Shown here in pieces: positions 37,351 through 47,746 of a stretch of DNA of 64,000 nucleotides. Source of the DNA: a virus (Duplodnaviria; Heunggongvirae; Uroviricota; Caudoviricetes); IMG/VR virus record IMGVR_UViG_3300037042_007115; one strand, given 5' to 3'. The notes below the pieces were generated by a model that worked only from the letters and a program-made list of their open reading frames with translations, searched no databases and was not told where the DNA came from. Each line of letters begins with the position of its first letter. The first letter of the stretch is position 1. A program made the position numbers and the translations under genes.

Positions 37351-39783
37351 GTGGTTCACCGAGAATTAACACTTAGAAGTCTGTCGCAGATTCTAAGTTT
37401 GAATTTTACTGATGGGGATACCTTCTTCCTCTCCTCTAATATAAGAGATACTACTCCTGGTGCACCGGGGAATTGGCAAGATAAAGCATTCAAAGTGGGC
37501 CCTGGAGCCTTGGCGGAAATAAAAACCTGGTTAGAAATTCACCCAGAAGAAATGTATGATATCTATTTCTGCCCTCTACCCTTCAAAGATACCATTAAAA
37601 GGAAAAAGGACAAAGTAAAAAGCTCCAGACTACTCTGGTCTGATCTAGACAATATCACCCCGGAACAAATAGAAAAACTCAGGCCCTCTCTATTATGGGA
37701 ATCCTCACCGGGTAGTTTCCAGGGGCTTTGGATACTTGATCAAACTATGTCTCCTGAGGGAGCAGAACACCTCAACCATAAATTAACCTATTATATCGGG
37801 GGAGATCCGAGTGGCTGGGACCTGACACAAGTACTCCGTGTGCCCGGGACAATTAATCATAAATATGCAGCTCTACCGCGGGTTTCTGCATTTACCCCCG
37901 GACCCGAGTATAAACGGGTAGATATAGAGGAGAGATTAAAGGAAATACATATAGAAGCTAAGAAGGCGGATCTCCAGGGGAAATTGGTGGATATAACCGG
38001 ATGGGAAAGGCTGGACCCCTCTGGGGTATTGAAAAAGTATGCTAATTTGATGTCCCTCAACCTGAAACAGTTGATAGCAATTAAGCGGGAATTGGCCACT
38101 TTTGGGAAGAGATCTGACAACTTGTGGAAAATCTACTGCGGGTGTGCTGTAACATGCATGTCACCGGCAGAGATGTATTCCTTAGTTAAACACTCTAATT
38201 GGAATAAATGGGGTACAGGGGATTTCTTACACCAGGACTTAACCAGGTTTTATGAAAAAACAGGGTCAACAATCTTTAAAGTAGAGGTAGAAAATTATGA
38301 TTATACCCCGATAGAAAAAGAGCCAAGCTTAATTAGAGAGAAGCATTACCTAGATGTCGCCCCGAATGATGACCCCTGTGAGGAAGTTGTAGAAATCCCC
38401 GCAGAGAAAAAAGAGACCAAACAAAGTAAGCCAACCCCCGTTGGACAACTTGATGTTTCTCCGGATTTTATAGATGTAACCTCGGATGATTTTACTGAGG
38501 GAATACCGGATATCTACAAACAATCATTGAAGCTTAATATGGGGTATCCAGCAGACCACTATATTACTAAGTATATTACCCATGCAAAGAAACTCAGTGA
38601 TAGTTACCCTGAGTATCATCACGGGGCAGTCGTAGCACTTTTATCCATAGCCATTGGTAGAAAAGCCGCTATTGTCTTTGGGTCTGGTGCAGTCTTCCCG
38701 AATACCTGGTGTTTCTTAGTAGGAAACTCAACTATAAGCAGAAAAAGTACCGCGGTAGGACATGCTAAAGATCTTGCAACCGAGCTTTTTGGTATGGTAG
38801 CATTACCCCAGTCTTTTTCCCCAGAGTCCTTTATCGAAATCTTAGCCAATACCCCACAAGGCTGGCTAATTAAAGATGAGGTTGCATCACTATTAGCGGC
38901 GATGAAGAAAAACTACATGGGGGAAATTCGTGATATCTTTTGTGAGGTATATGATAATAAAGGATTCATGCGCAAACTTCGGTCAAGCACGAAGAAAAAT
39001 GCTACGGAATTTAATGTCATTGACCCATACGTGGTCCAACTGGTAGCTACTACCCCGGGTAGTATTGCAGAAAACAGCCAAACACTCGATTTAACTAGTG
39101 GGTGGTTGCTTAGGTTTATGTTTTATTACCCAACATATCAGAAGGAATGGAAACCCCTAGCGGAAATAACCAAAGAACAGTCCTCTGAGCTAGTTGCACT
39201 TAAAAATGAACTCAAAGACATTGGGCAACTCTTCTGGGGGTTAAATACTCCCCTGATCTTTACCTTCTCCCCTGAAGCCCAGAAGTATTTTGAAAATTGG
39301 CAGCAGCATGAAGAGATCTCAATGAGCCGTAGAAATGATGAAGTGGAGTCAGGGGCATATGGTAGGTTATCAGTCTATGCAGTTAAACTTGCCATGATCT
39401 ACGTAGTAGGGGCCGGGGGGTTCCTCACCCGGGCACAGGGAGCGATTGCTCGTAAAGAAAAGATCCAGATAGGGCTCCAAGAAATAACTTGGGCATGTCA
39501 GGAGATAGAGCATTATTTTATGCCTACAGTTAAGCAGGTATATGAACTGATTGCTTTAGCGGATGGGCGCAATAACCAGAAGAGAATTATCCATTTAATC
39601 AACTCACATGATGGGTATATGTTTAGATCAGACTTAATTAGAAAACTTAGATGTAAAATAAGGGACTTTAATGATGATATGGCAGCACTATTTGAAAGTG
39701 GCGAAATTATAGAGAAGCAAACTATGAGAAAGGGGGGTAAAATGGAAACAACCTATATCAAAGCAAAAGAAAGCTCAGAATAG
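37351..39783 (+). CDS. RepB-type primase fused to a DUF3987-like helicase and C-terminal winged helix
   Basis: IYFCP..LWSDLD..WESSPGSFQGLW..QVLRVPGTINHKY; GNSTISRKST P-loop variant; DEVASLL; GGTGAT SD before GTG. Confidence 0.85.
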   Translation: MVHRELTLRSLSQILSLNFTDGDTFFLSSNIRDTTPGAPGNWQDKAFKVGPGALAEIKTWLEIHPEEMYDIYFCPLPFKDTIKRKKDKVKSSRLLWSDLDNITPEQIEKLRPSLLWESSPGSFQGLWILDQTMSPEGAEHLNHKLTYYIGGDPSGWDLTQVLRVPGTINHKYAALPRVSAFTPGPEYKRVDIEERLKEIHIEAKKADLQGKLVDITGWERLDPSGVLKKYANLMSLNLKQLIAIKRELATFGKRSDNLWKIYCGCAVTCMSPAEMYSLVKHSNWNKWGTGDFLHQDLTRFYEKTGSTIFKVEVENYDYTPIEKEPSLIREKHYLDVAPNDDPCEEVVEIPAEKKETKQSKPTPVGQLDVSPDFIDVTSDDFTEGIPDIYKQSLKLNMGYPADHYITKYITHAKKLSDSYPEYHHGAVVALLSIAIGRKAAIVFGSGAVFPNTWCFLVGNSTISRKSTAVGHAKDLATELFGMVALPQSFSPESFIEILANTPQGWLIKDEVASLLAAMKKNYMGEIRDIFCEVYDNKGFMRKLRSSTKKNATEFNVIDPYVVQLVATTPGSIAENSQTLDLTSGWLLRFMFYYPTYQKEWKPLAEITKEQSSELVALKNELKDIGQLFWGLNTPLIFTFSPEAQKYFENWQQHEEISMSRRNDEVESGAYGRLSVYAVKLAMIYVVGAGGFLTRAQGAIARKEKIQIGLQEITWACQEIEHYFMPTVKQVYELIALADGRNNQKRIIHLINSHDGYMFRSDLIRKLRCKIRDFNDDMAALFESGEIIEKQTMRKGGKMETTYIKAKESSE

Positions 39784-39897
39784 TGGAAAAGGAGTGTCTT
39801 GACTAAGAGAGATAGCGATTAAATACCTCCTCATCCAAATATGTATATCATCAATGAAATTAATTTCTTCCCTTGATTGAATTGCTGGAGTTACAAA

Positions 39898-41085
39898 ATG
39901 TCCTTTATAGACCGATTTAAGTTTAAAAAACAGCCGGGGCCTGCGGAGATTGTGGGAATAAGACCCGAACTGCTTCGCCATGCACAGGACCCCACTAAAG
40001 GTGAACTGTGGGCACATAGAGCTATACCCAAACCCGTGCAACAAATACCCCAAAAAGATATTGATAGTTTACTTGAATCTAAGAAAAAGATGTTACCTAA
40101 AAAGATTGAAAAACCCCCCGAAGAAAATATTCGTGATCTACTTGAGTGGGGCGAAGATTTTCCTGCTATAATGTCTGTAGATAAAGTAAAACCCATAGAA
40201 AAAGTTCCCCCCTGGATAGAACTTAATACACCAAGTGAAGTAGTACCGGGAGAAAAAGTTATACCTTGGGTAGAACTTGATATACCAGCCGAGGTAATGC
40301 CCGTAGAAGAGGTTAAACCCCGGCCTGAAGTAGCGGTACCTCGGGGGATACAGAAAAACCCTGCTACCAAAAAAGTCGAAAAAGCACCGATAGGGCACCT
40401 GTTGGATTGGCTCCGTGGGCGAAAGGAAGAAAAAACAACAGTTCAGGAACCCATTTCGGTAGAAATATTAAAAGAAACCCCAAGAAGGGTAGAAGTTGAG
40501 ATAGAAACCCCCCCATCTCCAGTAGAAGCTGTAGGGAAGAAGAAAGAGTTTATTCCTGATCCCCCGCCCCAAAAAGGCAAAAAGAATAAAATACAAGTCG
40601 AAGCCCTAAGGGAAAAGAAAAAAGTTGAGGAGCCTAAGCCCAAAAAGGCCCTTACCTATGAAGAAGCCGTGGAAGAATATGAAAGAAACCTGTCTAAAGG
40701 TAAGGCTTCTACAACTACTACTAAGGTAGGGCCAGTAATCCCCGTAGCCCCAGCAAGATTCTCCCGGGCAGAAATTAATAAGTTAATGATAATTAAAGTT
40801 ATGCCTAGTTTTGTTCGAGCCTTCTTAGCTAAAAGAGGCGGGGTACCCTTCATGTCGATGTGTGGAATCTACAGATTAGAGTTTATACAGATAGTAAGCA
40901 CTAGAGAAGAGGGGCATAAAATCATGGCTGATCTAAAAGACGCACTAGATTATGAATCTATTTTAGAAACATACCCCAAAAGAACGGGGGGAGTAGTATT
41001 GGCGGTATATTCTAGAGCAAAAATGAAGCACCAGGGTAGATATTCAGGAACCCCGCTTAGGCCCAGATTAGAGGAAAGGACCTGA
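39898..41085 (+). CDS. Hypothetical protein (395 aa), Pro/Glu/Lys-rich with a globular C-terminus
   Basis: GGAG SD before ATG 39898; internal PWxEL repeat. Confidence 0.75.
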   Translation: MSFIDRFKFKKQPGPAEIVGIRPELLRHAQDPTKGELWAHRAIPKPVQQIPQKDIDSLLESKKKMLPKKIEKPPEENIRDLLEWGEDFPAIMSVDKVKPIEKVPPWIELNTPSEVVPGEKVIPWVELDIPAEVMPVEEVKPRPEVAVPRGIQKNPATKKVEKAPIGHLLDWLRGRKEEKTTVQEPISVEILKETPRRVEVEIETPPSPVEAVGKKKEFIPDPPPQKGKKNKIQVEALREKKKVEEPKPKKALTYEEAVEEYERNLSKGKASTTTTKVGPVIPVAPARFSRAEINKLMIIKVMPSFVRAFLAKRGGVPFMSMCGIYRLEFIQIVSTREEGHKIMADLKDALDYESILETYPKRTGGVVLAVYSRAKMKHQGRYSGTPLRPRLEERT

Positions 41086-41117
41086 ATCTCTTTTTATACC
41101 ATTGAAACCCATATTCT

Positions 41118-41588
41118 TTGATGATCGTTATTTATACGGATAGTGCTGTTCGGGGTAATCCAAGTGATCGTGGCGCTTGGGCCTTCTTTGTGATGAAAGA
41201 AAATGGAACACTAAGTATACCTGTTTGTGAAGTAAAAGCGGGTGGCTCCATCCCCGGTAAGGTAACTAATAATATGGCTGAGTATATAGCAATAATAAAG
41301 GCACTAAAATATGCTAAATCTACCAGAATAAATGACTTTAAATTACGGTCTGATAGTAATTTAGCTATCAACCAAATACTAGGGCTATTTAAAATAAAAA
41401 ACTCCGGTCTAATTCCACTGTATTTAGAAGTAAGGGGCCTAGTTGCAGAGATAGAAAATGTTGAATTTGAATGGGTACCCCGGGAAAACCCCTGGATATC
41501 CCGGGTAGATGCCTACTGTAATGAAATACTAAACTGTTATCCCCTGGAGACACAGGACAGACTCAAGCTGCGTGAGAGGGATTTCTAA
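41118..41588 (+). CDS. rnhA: Ribonuclease HI (archaeal type)
   Basis: IYTDSAVRGNP..TNNMAEYIAII..SDSNLAINQ..WVPRENP..VD. Confidence 0.9.
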   Translation: MMIVIYTDSAVRGNPSDRGAWAFFVMKENGTLSIPVCEVKAGGSIPGKVTNNMAEYIAIIKALKYAKSTRINDFKLRSDSNLAINQILGLFKIKNSGLIPLYLEVRGLVAEIENVEFEWVPRENPWISRVDAYCNEILNCYPLETQDRLKLRERDF

Positions 41589-41608
41589 ATACCATACAAA
41601 AAAAGGGA

Positions 41609-42385
41609 TTATTTTATCCGGGGATGCCATTTCCCATAGGTCTTCTTCTCATGAATATAGGCTCTTAGTTTTTCAAAATCTGAGGTATCTCTTTTCTTAT
41701 AGATATGTGGGATGAGAGACACGAGGGTGACTTCACCGGCCTCGACGGTTATTATACCCAGGCGGTTTATCCACTCCACAATGAGGCACTGCAGGGCCCT
41801 AACCCCTACAAGATTCTCCGCCAGACCGAGTAACATGTCCTGTGACCTAAATACCACGCGGATGTGTAACCGGCCTTTCCGTATAACTAGCTGTACCATG
41901 TCCATGCATGGAGGCTCTAGGCTCTTTGAGTCAAGCATTGGGCTCCATGTTACCATAACCCCCCTGCGGGAGTTTGGGTCATTTGCTAGCTTTTCAACTA
42001 GCTCGGTAACTTGTTTATACCCACCCCCATCTCCATTACCCTTAAGTCTGTCTAGTATGACGTGTGGGTAATCTTCAAGACGGTTCCAGTAGGTATAGGT
42101 AGCGTGCTTACCATCTTCTCGCGGAGGTGAGAGAGTTAGGAATTGCTTCTTATAGGCTTCTGTGAGCAGCGGGCCGTAGTTAGAGCCGGCAGAAACTTGG
42201 GGCTCATCGCCCGGGTGCAGGATATGAAGAACCATTATATCATCCCCACCAGAGGGTGATTCAAATTCAAGTGTAAATTCTTTCTTATCCACATGGGTCT
42301 GGATATAGATCTCTTTATGCTGAGACATGATTACATCACAGGCGGCCTCATGGGCTTCTGACAAGGTATTAGTTGTTATTTCCAT
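41609..42385 (-). CDS. thyA: Thymidylate synthase, archaeal ThyA type
   Basis: YTYWNRL..NSRRGVMVTW..PPCM..FRSQDM..N..HIY. Confidence 0.92.
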   Translation of the reverse strand: MEITTNTLSEAHEAACDVIMSQHKEIYIQTHVDKKEFTLEFESPSGGDDIMVLHILHPGDEPQVSAGSNYGPLLTEAYKKQFLTLSPPREDGKHATYTYWNRLEDYPHVILDRLKGNGDGGGYKQVTELVEKLANDPNSRRGVMVTWSPMLDSKSLEPPCMDMVQLVIRKGRLHIRVVFRSQDMLLGLAENLVGVRALQCLIVEWINRLGIITVEAGEVTLVSLIPHIYKKRDTSDFEKLRAYIHEKKTYGKWHPRIK

Positions 42386-43309
42386 TATATCACCTCTGGC
42401 TCTGCCAGACTAGTATGAACAAATACTCTACTAAATTTTTGAGCTGAGAGGAGCTGTTATCTCCATCAAAATATGGGTCGTGAAGACAAATAAAGGTAGC
42501 CAGTAAAAGGGAGTGAAATAAACTAGGTTAAGTAAGATTTGTGCTCGTGTGGTGGGGGTAGTCCGGATCCGTTTGGTTTGGGGGTAACCTTTATATATGT
42601 GTTCAGTCTTGATTTAATGATGTGGGGTAGCAAATACTGTGTTTGGCCAAAGTATTATAAAACAAGATCTATTTAGCTTTGGGCACACGCCTTGGGTTTA
42701 ACCCAACAAGTCTGGGTATTGCCCGGTGTGAAATCTGATTTCTTTTGGTGGGGTCCGGCTTAAAAACACCTTCTAGCGGAACCGTTTTATCACAATACAG
42801 AGGAAAAAGCTGCTCAACTCGTTTCTACTTGAGGGACTGGTACAGAAATTTTAGGAGTTTTTTCCAGTCTACTTTCTGGGACTTTCAGAGTGGTGAGTAG
42901 GAGTTATCTTGATTAACTGATGTCTCACTATATTATCGTCGCAGGGGAAGATTTATAAGTTCATTAAACTTACTCTGCTCTGGTGGTATTTCCAGTGCTA
43001 AAGCGGTGAGTTTAAAAAAATATTTTTTGGTTGATAAAAAGTGGGTCTCTGGGTTAAAAGGGGTAAGGGTTGAGATTTTATGGGGGATAATAAAGGAGCT
43101 GAAGGATCATACTAAGTTTCGATAGAGGGTACGGAGGTGCTAGGTGGAGTTAAAAAATCGAATATTCTTTAGTCTTGGTAGGGTGCTGGGGCGGTAGGGC
43201 GGGCTATGTGGGCTGGCACACTTGCTTGGGTGATTATGGGGGGTTGTTCCTGTTTAGTTAAAGGGATCTTAACTTCTCTGAGATGACATAGAATTTATTT
43301 CTCCGTTCT

Positions 43310-43615
43310 GGTTTTCCAGGTTAAGCCTATTGCAAAAAATCACTTTCTTCTTATTCTATTTTTGTATCCGTTTCTTACTACAAAGAACCCATATACAATA
43401 AGATCTATATATACTTATCTTTTTCTATATAAAGAATTATTAATTTATATTTAAACTTACTCTTTGTTAGTTATCATGCTATATTTAAATTTAGTTCTAT
43501 CTATATCAATTTGTGATATTAATATCTAAAATTAAAAACTTAGACTTGTGTCTATTTACATAGAGTGATAATAAGAAGAAAGTGATTTTTTGCAATAGGC
43601 TTAACCTGGAAAACC
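43310..43615. repeat. Perfect 46-bp inverted repeat (43310-43355 / 43570-43615) around a 214-bp AT-rich spacer; origin candidate
   Basis: GGTTTTCCAGGTTAAGCCTATTGCAAAAAATCACTTTCTTCTTATT and its exact reverse complement. Confidence 0.9.
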
Positions 43616-43998
43616 TTAAAGGTGTTTTTTCCAGTCTATACCTTAATATATTTTTCAGAGCCCTTAACTAGAGGGATGATCCGTTTTAAGGCCGCCGCCG
43701 CTAATAGCCCCCTTTATCTTAATAGACTTACTCTTACTAGTTCTTTAGGTATTCGTTGCAAGTTAGGGGGATCCGTTTATGCGGCAGGGTGTCGCAAAGA
43801 AAATTTAGACCCGCTCGAAAATTAATCAAAACAACCGCCTTGAGATTGTTAAAATTTCTCCTCAAATTTTCCTCTTTAACCCCAGTATTCATAGACCAGA
43901 GAATTTCTCCAGTTTCATCATTAAAAGTAGTCTAGTCTGAATATCTTTCTCAGACCCCAACAGAACTATTAAATACTTACACTTAATACATTTATTAT

Positions 43999-45141
43999 AT
44001 GGAAAAAGCAGAACTTGCCCCACATGAGTTTTTATTATGTGAGAGATCGGGCAAGACCCTCTTTTTTGAACACGGGTCAGAGACCCTGCACCTCCTAAAT
44101 CAATTTATCTTAACCTTTCTCTCAGACTCAGCTCGGGGTCGCATATCTACTGGGTCTTTTATTCTTCACGAGATGTTTACTGGAATTTGCTCACCAGATG
44201 CTACGGTACAGTATTTTATCACCGGACGGGTAGAACACTGGGCCAGAGAAGGTTATTCTGTAGCAACAATTCCCCCACATAACTCAGCTAGAGTATTCTA
44301 TACCCCCCACTTAGTTCCAGGCGACCTTATAAAAAGACCCGCACAGCCCTCAGTTATATTCAGCTATTTAGGGGTTAAATCCCATAAAGCCAAGGAGGCT
44401 TTGATTAACTACCTCCTAATGCAGGGCTTAATCCTTCCAGAAGAGTCAGTGGAGCCGAAGACTACCCCAGGTATCGACAACTTCTTCAATTATCTTTCAA
44501 AAAATAGCCCAATAGCCCGAGAAGATCTACTTGAGACTGGGATTTGGAGTAAACAGATGCTCAATAAATACCTCGGAAAGTTACTTAAAACCAAGAAAAT
44601 TAAAAAGATAAAGGTTACTAACAGGAGGACCGGTAAGTTAGAGCTACACTACGCTATAAAAGAGTCAGACATAAAAGAGGTCCTGGGGTTTATACCCGCA
44701 GAAGAAGCAATATCCAGAGCAGAACTCACAGAAAATCTAGAATGTAATAGGCCAAACCTAAATATTTACTTAGATAAATTAGTTAAACTCGGAATTATCC
44801 TAAGAACAGAAACTTTTCTGAACTCTCAGCTTACAGTATCTTATACTCGGACTGGCATTCCACTCAGAGAAGAGACAACGTCTCATAGAGATACCCGGAT
44901 AGATGACTTGCAGGATAAAATACTTTTCCTAATTAATCACAATGACAATAACATTTTTAGGTCATACTTACTTAGAAAACTAAGAATTAAAATATCTGAA
45001 TTTAATACCGCCATAGAGTCACTAATAGAAGATGGGAGACTTATAGAAAAACCAGCAACGAAGAAAAACTACCTGGGAGAAAAAATGGAAACTACTTACT
45101 TAATCCCCAATGACGCGGAGGAAGACTATGACAAAGAATGA
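43999..45141 (+). CDS. 380-aa protein with tandem winged-helix domains
   Basis: AREDLLE..KQMLNKYLGKL and SRAELTE..LNIYLDKLVKLG motifs; C-terminus resembles that of the primase-helicase. Confidence 0.8.
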   Translation: MEKAELAPHEFLLCERSGKTLFFEHGSETLHLLNQFILTFLSDSARGRISTGSFILHEMFTGICSPDATVQYFITGRVEHWAREGYSVATIPPHNSARVFYTPHLVPGDLIKRPAQPSVIFSYLGVKSHKAKEALINYLLMQGLILPEESVEPKTTPGIDNFFNYLSKNSPIAREDLLETGIWSKQMLNKYLGKLLKTKKIKKIKVTNRRTGKLELHYAIKESDIKEVLGFIPAEEAISRAELTENLECNRPNLNIYLDKLVKLGIILRTETFLNSQLTVSYTRTGIPLREETTSHRDTRIDDLQDKILFLINHNDNNIFRSYLLRKLRIKISEFNTAIESLIEDGRLIEKPATKKNYLGEKMETTYLIPNDAEEDYDKE

Positions 45142-45715
45142 ATATGATGTAATATTGATACTTAAGGGTAAGGTAAAAGCTTACTCTCCGGCTGAGATAG
45201 AAGACAACATCGACGAATATGCTGATGAGATGTGCGATGCATTATTTGGCACTAAGCTGCCACATTACTTCAGCATAAATGATGGTGAGTTATCAGGATC
45301 CACAGGGCTCGCTCGGAAAGAACTCGAGGATAGATTAGCCTATGAACTGTATTGGTTCGACCGCAAGATAAGGCTCAAAGTAGTATCTAAGCTCCATAGC
45401 ATAAGCACCCAGTTTGAAGAGGGGTCAGGCTTTGTCTTCAAAGACCCCAAAGCCATAAAGGCCGCTATAGACCTTAAAGAATATAGTGCCCTGCTTAAAT
45501 CCTCAATCCTTATACCAAAAGATTATAATAATGGTAGCTGGTCCTGGAGCCCACCGCATAAAAGCTACTTTAGCGAGGTCGATCAGATCCTTTCCTCAGA
45601 ACAGCGTGCTTTCTACCAGAACATGTCACAAGAGCTTCTTGGACAGACCTTACTGCTTTGGCAGGCAAACCTTATTATCCCAGACGCCCTCATAAGTAAA
45701 ATGGTGAAAAAATGA
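45128..45715 (+). CDS. Hypothetical protein
   Basis: ORF track; operon packing. Confidence 0.65.
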   Translation: MTKNEYDVILILKGKVKAYSPAEIEDNIDEYADEMCDALFGTKLPHYFSINDGELSGSTGLARKELEDRLAYELYWFDRKIRLKVVSKLHSISTQFEEGSGFVFKDPKAIKAAIDLKEYSALLKSSILIPKDYNNGSWSWSPPHKSYFSEVDQILSSEQRAFYQNMSQELLGQTLLLWQANLIIPDALISKMVKK

Positions 45716-45915
45716 TGAGAGTAGAGAAGTATACAGAAACAGTCAACTATATCAAGGATTCCTATAATTTTATGAACAAGGCTCCGGCACAAGAATTCTT
45801 AGAGGTAGAAGAAATAACTGTACAACTAGTTATTTCCGGTCTTACCCGAGAGAAGGCAAAGGATATAAGAGCTATGCTAGGAAAATTGGGAATTTCATCC
45901 CCGAGGAAAGAATGA
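45712..45915 (+). CDS. Small hypothetical protein
   Basis: ATGA overlaps on both sides. Confidence 0.6.
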   Translation: MMRVEKYTETVNYIKDSYNFMNKAPAQEFLEVEEITVQLVISGLTREKAKDIRAMLGKLGISSPRKE

Positions 45916-46181
45916 CAAAAATCTGCCCCAGGTGTAAGAAAGAGATGGTAGACCACATCATCAAAGAAGGTGCACGGTATCATACCCCAAGCTGGGACCA
46001 CTCAGGCGAGCATTGCAGCGAGCCAAACTGTGAGATAAACCATGGACCCGGGAAATGTACCCCCCGCGACCAGAAGGAGCTGAATAAATTCTGCGGTAGG
46101 ACAGAATGTAAAGTAACAAACCCCTTAACCTGCATGGGTTGCTCTGGGGATGAAGCAAATGACCTTAATAGAGCTGGATAA
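45912..46181 (+). CDS. Small Cys/His-rich zinc-binding protein
   Basis: CPRC..HCSEPNCEINH..C motifs. Confidence 0.6.
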   Translation: MTKICPRCKKEMVDHIIKEGARYHTPSWDHSGEHCSEPNCEINHGPGKCTPRDQKELNKFCGRTECKVTNPLTCMGCSGDEANDLNRAG

Positions 46182-46183
46182 CC

Positions 46184-46795
46184 GTGACAAAAATTGCCTT
46201 TTGGCTTAATGCCCTCACAGTCTCCTCAAGTGTGTCTGCCCAGGCGCATCAGGGCCAGTACAGGAAAGATACCAAAACGCCCTTTGTGGTACATCCTGCT
46301 AGAGTAGCCGGTTTGGCTTTGAGGTTTAATGCACCCCCACAAACTGTTATCTCCGCGTGGTTCCACGACATTCTGGAGGATTGCCCGGGTAACCCATTAT
46401 TAGATATTATTTTGCCCGCACTAGAGAAGATGAGTATCCCCCCTGGCACGAAAATAAGTGAAGAAATTATTGATAACATTCTTTTTATGACTAAAAACAT
46501 GGGTCTTCCGAAAGAAACTCGTGAGAAGGAGTTCTTAGACCGTTTACTAAGTGCTAATGCAGAGATGGGTTTGCTCAAGGTTTGCGATAGGATTGATAAT
46601 CTCTTAGACATGCCTAACTGTAATGATTTAGACCCCAACTGGTCTAAGAACTACATACAGAATAGTATTGAGGTTCTTTCAAATCTTCCTCCATCTACTA
46701 TAGAAAAGTATCCCGCTGCTGTAGCAGTACTTGCGGATATTGTCCTAAATACTTCCCTAGGGGCAGATTTCCTAGGACAGTTGGAGGAAAAATGA
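46184..46795 (+). CDS. RelA/SpoT-type (Mesh1-like) HD hydrolase
   Basis: AHQGQYRK..PFVVHPARVA..WFHDILED..KVCDRIDNL. Confidence 0.85.
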   Translation: MTKIAFWLNALTVSSSVSAQAHQGQYRKDTKTPFVVHPARVAGLALRFNAPPQTVISAWFHDILEDCPGNPLLDIILPALEKMSIPPGTKISEEIIDNILFMTKNMGLPKETREKEFLDRLLSANAEMGLLKVCDRIDNLLDMPNCNDLDPNWSKNYIQNSIEVLSNLPPSTIEKYPAAVAVLADIVLNTSLGADFLGQLEEK

Positions 46796-47334
46796 CCTAT
46801 AAGAAAGTAGAACTCTACCCGAACTACACAGTTGTTTTGATAGGAGATGAAACTAAGATGAAAATCTCCATAGATTGCCCAGGACTCGCATATTACTCGA
46901 TAATTCATTGTAATCCCGGAATATTAGAGCGTATTATGCACCCCTATTTCCCCTCCATCATCTATATATCCAGTGAGAGTCTTTATCATTGCAGAATTAA
47001 AAATTGTTTAGAGAATTTTACCCAGCTGGTTCATGCTTACTTCCGGAATACTCAGAGAGAGGTACAAAAAACTTTAGTGAAGCGGTTGGAGAGAGCAGAG
47101 AGGGAAGCTAAGTTTGACCAGGTTTTAACCGAAATCATCCTCCCCCTTTCTCCTCAGATAAGCAAAGATGTTCCGCCCGGGTCCATCTCTTTTACCGCCA
47201 AAGAAGCTAATGATGCGCTTGATGCTATTAGTGACCCCATGGACATTCATGCTCGCCCGATAGCAGAGAAACGAAAACTTCTGATTTTGCAACCAATTAA
47301 GCATAGGGATGGGTGCCCTACCGATGACGAATGA
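46792..47334 (+). CDS. Hypothetical protein
   Basis: ATGA overlap; ORF track. Confidence 0.65.
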   Translation: MTYKKVELYPNYTVVLIGDETKMKISIDCPGLAYYSIIHCNPGILERIMHPYFPSIIYISSESLYHCRIKNCLENFTQLVHAYFRNTQREVQKTLVKRLERAEREAKFDQVLTEIILPLSPQISKDVPPGSISFTAKEANDALDAISDPMDIHARPIAEKRKLLILQPIKHRDGCPTDDE

Positions 47335-47551
47335 ATTTTCTTGTGAGGGAATAATCCTTACATATAAGCCCTTCACTATAGGTGGAGAGGTCTGGGGTAA
47401 AGAGGTTTGCGCTAGACCTGCAACCTGGAAATGTACCGGGATGACCGAGAAGGAGAAAGCCGGTCCAGCAATGTATATGTGTAATAACTGCCGTGTAGAA
47501 TTCCTAAAGAAAAATCCTGAGTATGCAGAATACTGTACAAAGGTGGGGTAA
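47324..47551 (+). CDS. Small zinc-finger protein
   Basis: CARPATWKC..MCNNC. Confidence 0.55.
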   Translation: MTNEFSCEGIILTYKPFTIGGEVWGKEVCARPATWKCTGMTEKEKAGPAMYMCNNCRVEFLKKNPEYAEYCTKVG

Positions 47552-47554
47552 TTT

Positions 47555-47746
47555 ATGCTATCTACCGGAGCCCAAGGGGCCTTAGGAGTGTTGATTCTTA
47601 GTTTGAGTGTTGTGATGTTTATTATCACTCAAATTTCTTCTCTACAGCAGGGGTTGGGATTAGACTATTTCTTAGGTCTTCTGGAGATATCTATGTCTTT
47701 AATTGGAGAATACTTAATTTATTTATCTTTAAGAGAGGGCCTATGA
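47555..47746 (+). CDS. Small two-TM protein
   Basis: ORF track; hydrophobic. Confidence 0.55.
   Translation: MLSTGAQGALGVLILSLSVVMFIITQISSLQQGLGLDYFLGLLEISMSLIGEYLIYLSLREGL

Noticed and set aside
42400-43300. Degenerate ORF or pseudogene in the G/T-skewed gap
   Set aside because: The minus-strand frames I read (about 42400-42950) have frequent stops and no recognisable motif; the rest was not translated, and the ORF track shows nothing there.
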